From positions 434,001 to 498,000 of the forward strand of contig LSRY02000017.1 of the NCBI GenBank assembly GCA_001643675.2: a DNA stretch of 64,000 nucleotides, written 5' to 3'. The position numbers and the translations under genes were made by a program. Positions within the stretch are counted from its first letter, which is position 1. Each line of letters starts with the position of its first letter. The stretch comes from Monocercomonoides exilis PA203 (Eukaryota; Protista; Preaxostyla). This document shows, piece after piece, positions 62,488-64,000 of this stretch. The notes under the pieces are model-generated. The model was not told the origin of the DNA, ran no database searches, and saw nothing but the letters and a program-made list of their open reading frames with translations.

Positions 62488-62939
62488 ATCTTTCAGAATC
62501 AAATTTGGTACAGACATAAAAAAATGTTGATCATTCCCTTTATCTGTGAAATATTTTTTGATCAAAAAATTGAAAAAAAAACATTTTTTAAACAAGTTTC
62601 AACACAAATTGAACAACTTGCAAAAATGAAATAATTCTTTATAAACTGGTGTATGCAATTTGAAATAGTTTTTGAATGATCCGGTGAAATATATTGATAC
62701 CGTGAAATTGTCAAAGAATAAAAGAATGGAAAAAAATGCAATAACATTTCAAATAATGAATTATTAAATAAGCTTATTGGGCAAGTTTATTGAACTTTAT
62801 TTTTTTCAGATAAAAAATTGGCTGAGTTCAGTTTTATATTGGACACACAAAAAAATTCAATGAACGTTGCATTTTTTTGGGTGATCTTGAACATATCTCT
62901 GAAAGAGAAACACTTTTCAAAAATGGGACCGTAAATACG

Positions 62940-62968
<29 letters not shown>
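62940..62968. repeat. A29 homopolymer
   Basis: Directly visible. Confidence 0.9.
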
Positions 62969-62971
<3 letters not shown>

Positions 62972-63222
62972 AGAAACTTCACTTGGAAGATGGAGTGGGG
63001 AGGGGTGTGGTGAGAAAGAGGACATTATTATTCATAAATAGAAATTGAGGTTGATAATTAGTTTTTGATATTTTGGAGCTTGGCAAATACAAAAAAAATG
63101 CGACCATTATTGAAGCAAATTGATCATAAAATTGTTTGAGATTTTTTGAGAATTTATATTTTTAAAAACACTTTTTCTCAAAAATATCTTCTTTTTTAAA
63201 TAATGACAAACTTTTATTTAAG

Positions 63223-64000
63223 ATGCCGATCATTTTTTCTCTTGTAGCTCGTGGGCAATATATCATTGCAGATGCATCTCAGCAATCTGGAAACTTCAAG
63301 CAAGTTGCACAACGAATTCTTGCTAAAATGTCTCAAACAGATTCTAAGATGTCGTATCAACATGACGAGTGTGCATATTTTGTTTTAAGTCGCATTATTT
63401 TATTATTTTTTTTTTCATGGGAATATATTTTGTTCATTTTTAAGATATACTTTTCACTATGAAGTGAGCAATCAATTAGTTTTTATGTGCTTGACAGACC
63501 ACAATTTTGATAGAAGAGTTGCCTTTTCATTTTTGTCTGATGCAAAACAATTGTTCATTTCAAGATACGGTGTATCTGTAGATATTTCAAGTAGTTATCA
63601 ATTCCGTGATTTCAACGGTGAACTGAAAAGATTAATGAACCAATTTTCTGCACAATCCAGTGATCGTATTGCTCGAGCAAAAGCCGATGTTGATGTTCTT
63701 CGGGGTGCTGTTGAAGAAAACATTGGTTTGAGCTGTTTTTACGAAAAAGAAGAATTACCATTTTTTTATGTGATAAATATTTCAATTTTTACATTTATTA
63801 TCTTTCATCATTTTTTTAAAATTTATTTGAACATTTCAGATAGGATATTGGATAGACAAGAAAAAGTTGAACTTTTAGTTGATCGTTCTGAATCATTAGC
63901 ACAAGGCTCAATCCAGTTTAGAAAAAAGAGCACACAACTGAAAAAGTCTATGTGGTGGAAAAATTGTAAACTGTGGATTGTAATAATTATTATACTTCTG
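63223..64000 (+). CDS. VAMP7: VAMP7-type longin R-SNARE (runs off window end within the TM helix); 2 introns
   Basis: Longin domain MPIIFSLVARG...SGNFKQVAQRIL...MSYQHDEYTFHY...FMCLTD.NFDRRVAFSFL. SNARE motif ENIDRILDRQEKVELLVDRSESL with the zero-layer Arg, followed by MWWKNCKL and a TM helix. Confidence 0.95.

Overview
AT-rich, intron-containing eukaryotic genomic DNA read with the standard genetic code. The expanded GGA(I/L)/FxxC beta-helix surface proteins with kinase-like tails, poly-Ser coding runs and short GT(A/T/G)TG introns point to an oxymonad such as Monocercomonoides (inference). Genes rebuilt by hand from splice phases, in order: divergent calreticulin (-, partial); ferlin (+); ubiquitin-L40 (-); PMCA-type Ca2+-ATPase (+); unknown Pro/Glu-Lys-rich protein (-); TTLL6/13-like polyglutamylase with a very long Ser-rich tail (+); divergent importin-alpha-like ARM protein (+); membrane histidine acid phosphatase (+); two ~2,600-aa beta-helix surface receptors (+, the second with a pseudokinase tail); a disrupted kelch/Cys-rich/3-TM gene (+); VAMP7 (+, partial). 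Non-genic elements: an 877-bp near-perfect foldback, an inverted ~1.55-kb copy of the TTLL tail among pseudogene debris, a degenerate ~245-bp hairpin and a decayed Merlin (IS1595/ISXO2-type) transposase. Best leads: an extracellular kelch propeller fused to an ERGIC/ENaC-like two-TM module; recurrent Asn-ending linkers in secreted proteins (possible asparaginyl-endopeptidase processing); three GC-AG introns sharing GCATG; a Cys-less calreticulin sharing a 47-bp divergent promoter with ferlin. No rRNA, tRNA or CRISPR was seen. All calls were made by eye without database searches.
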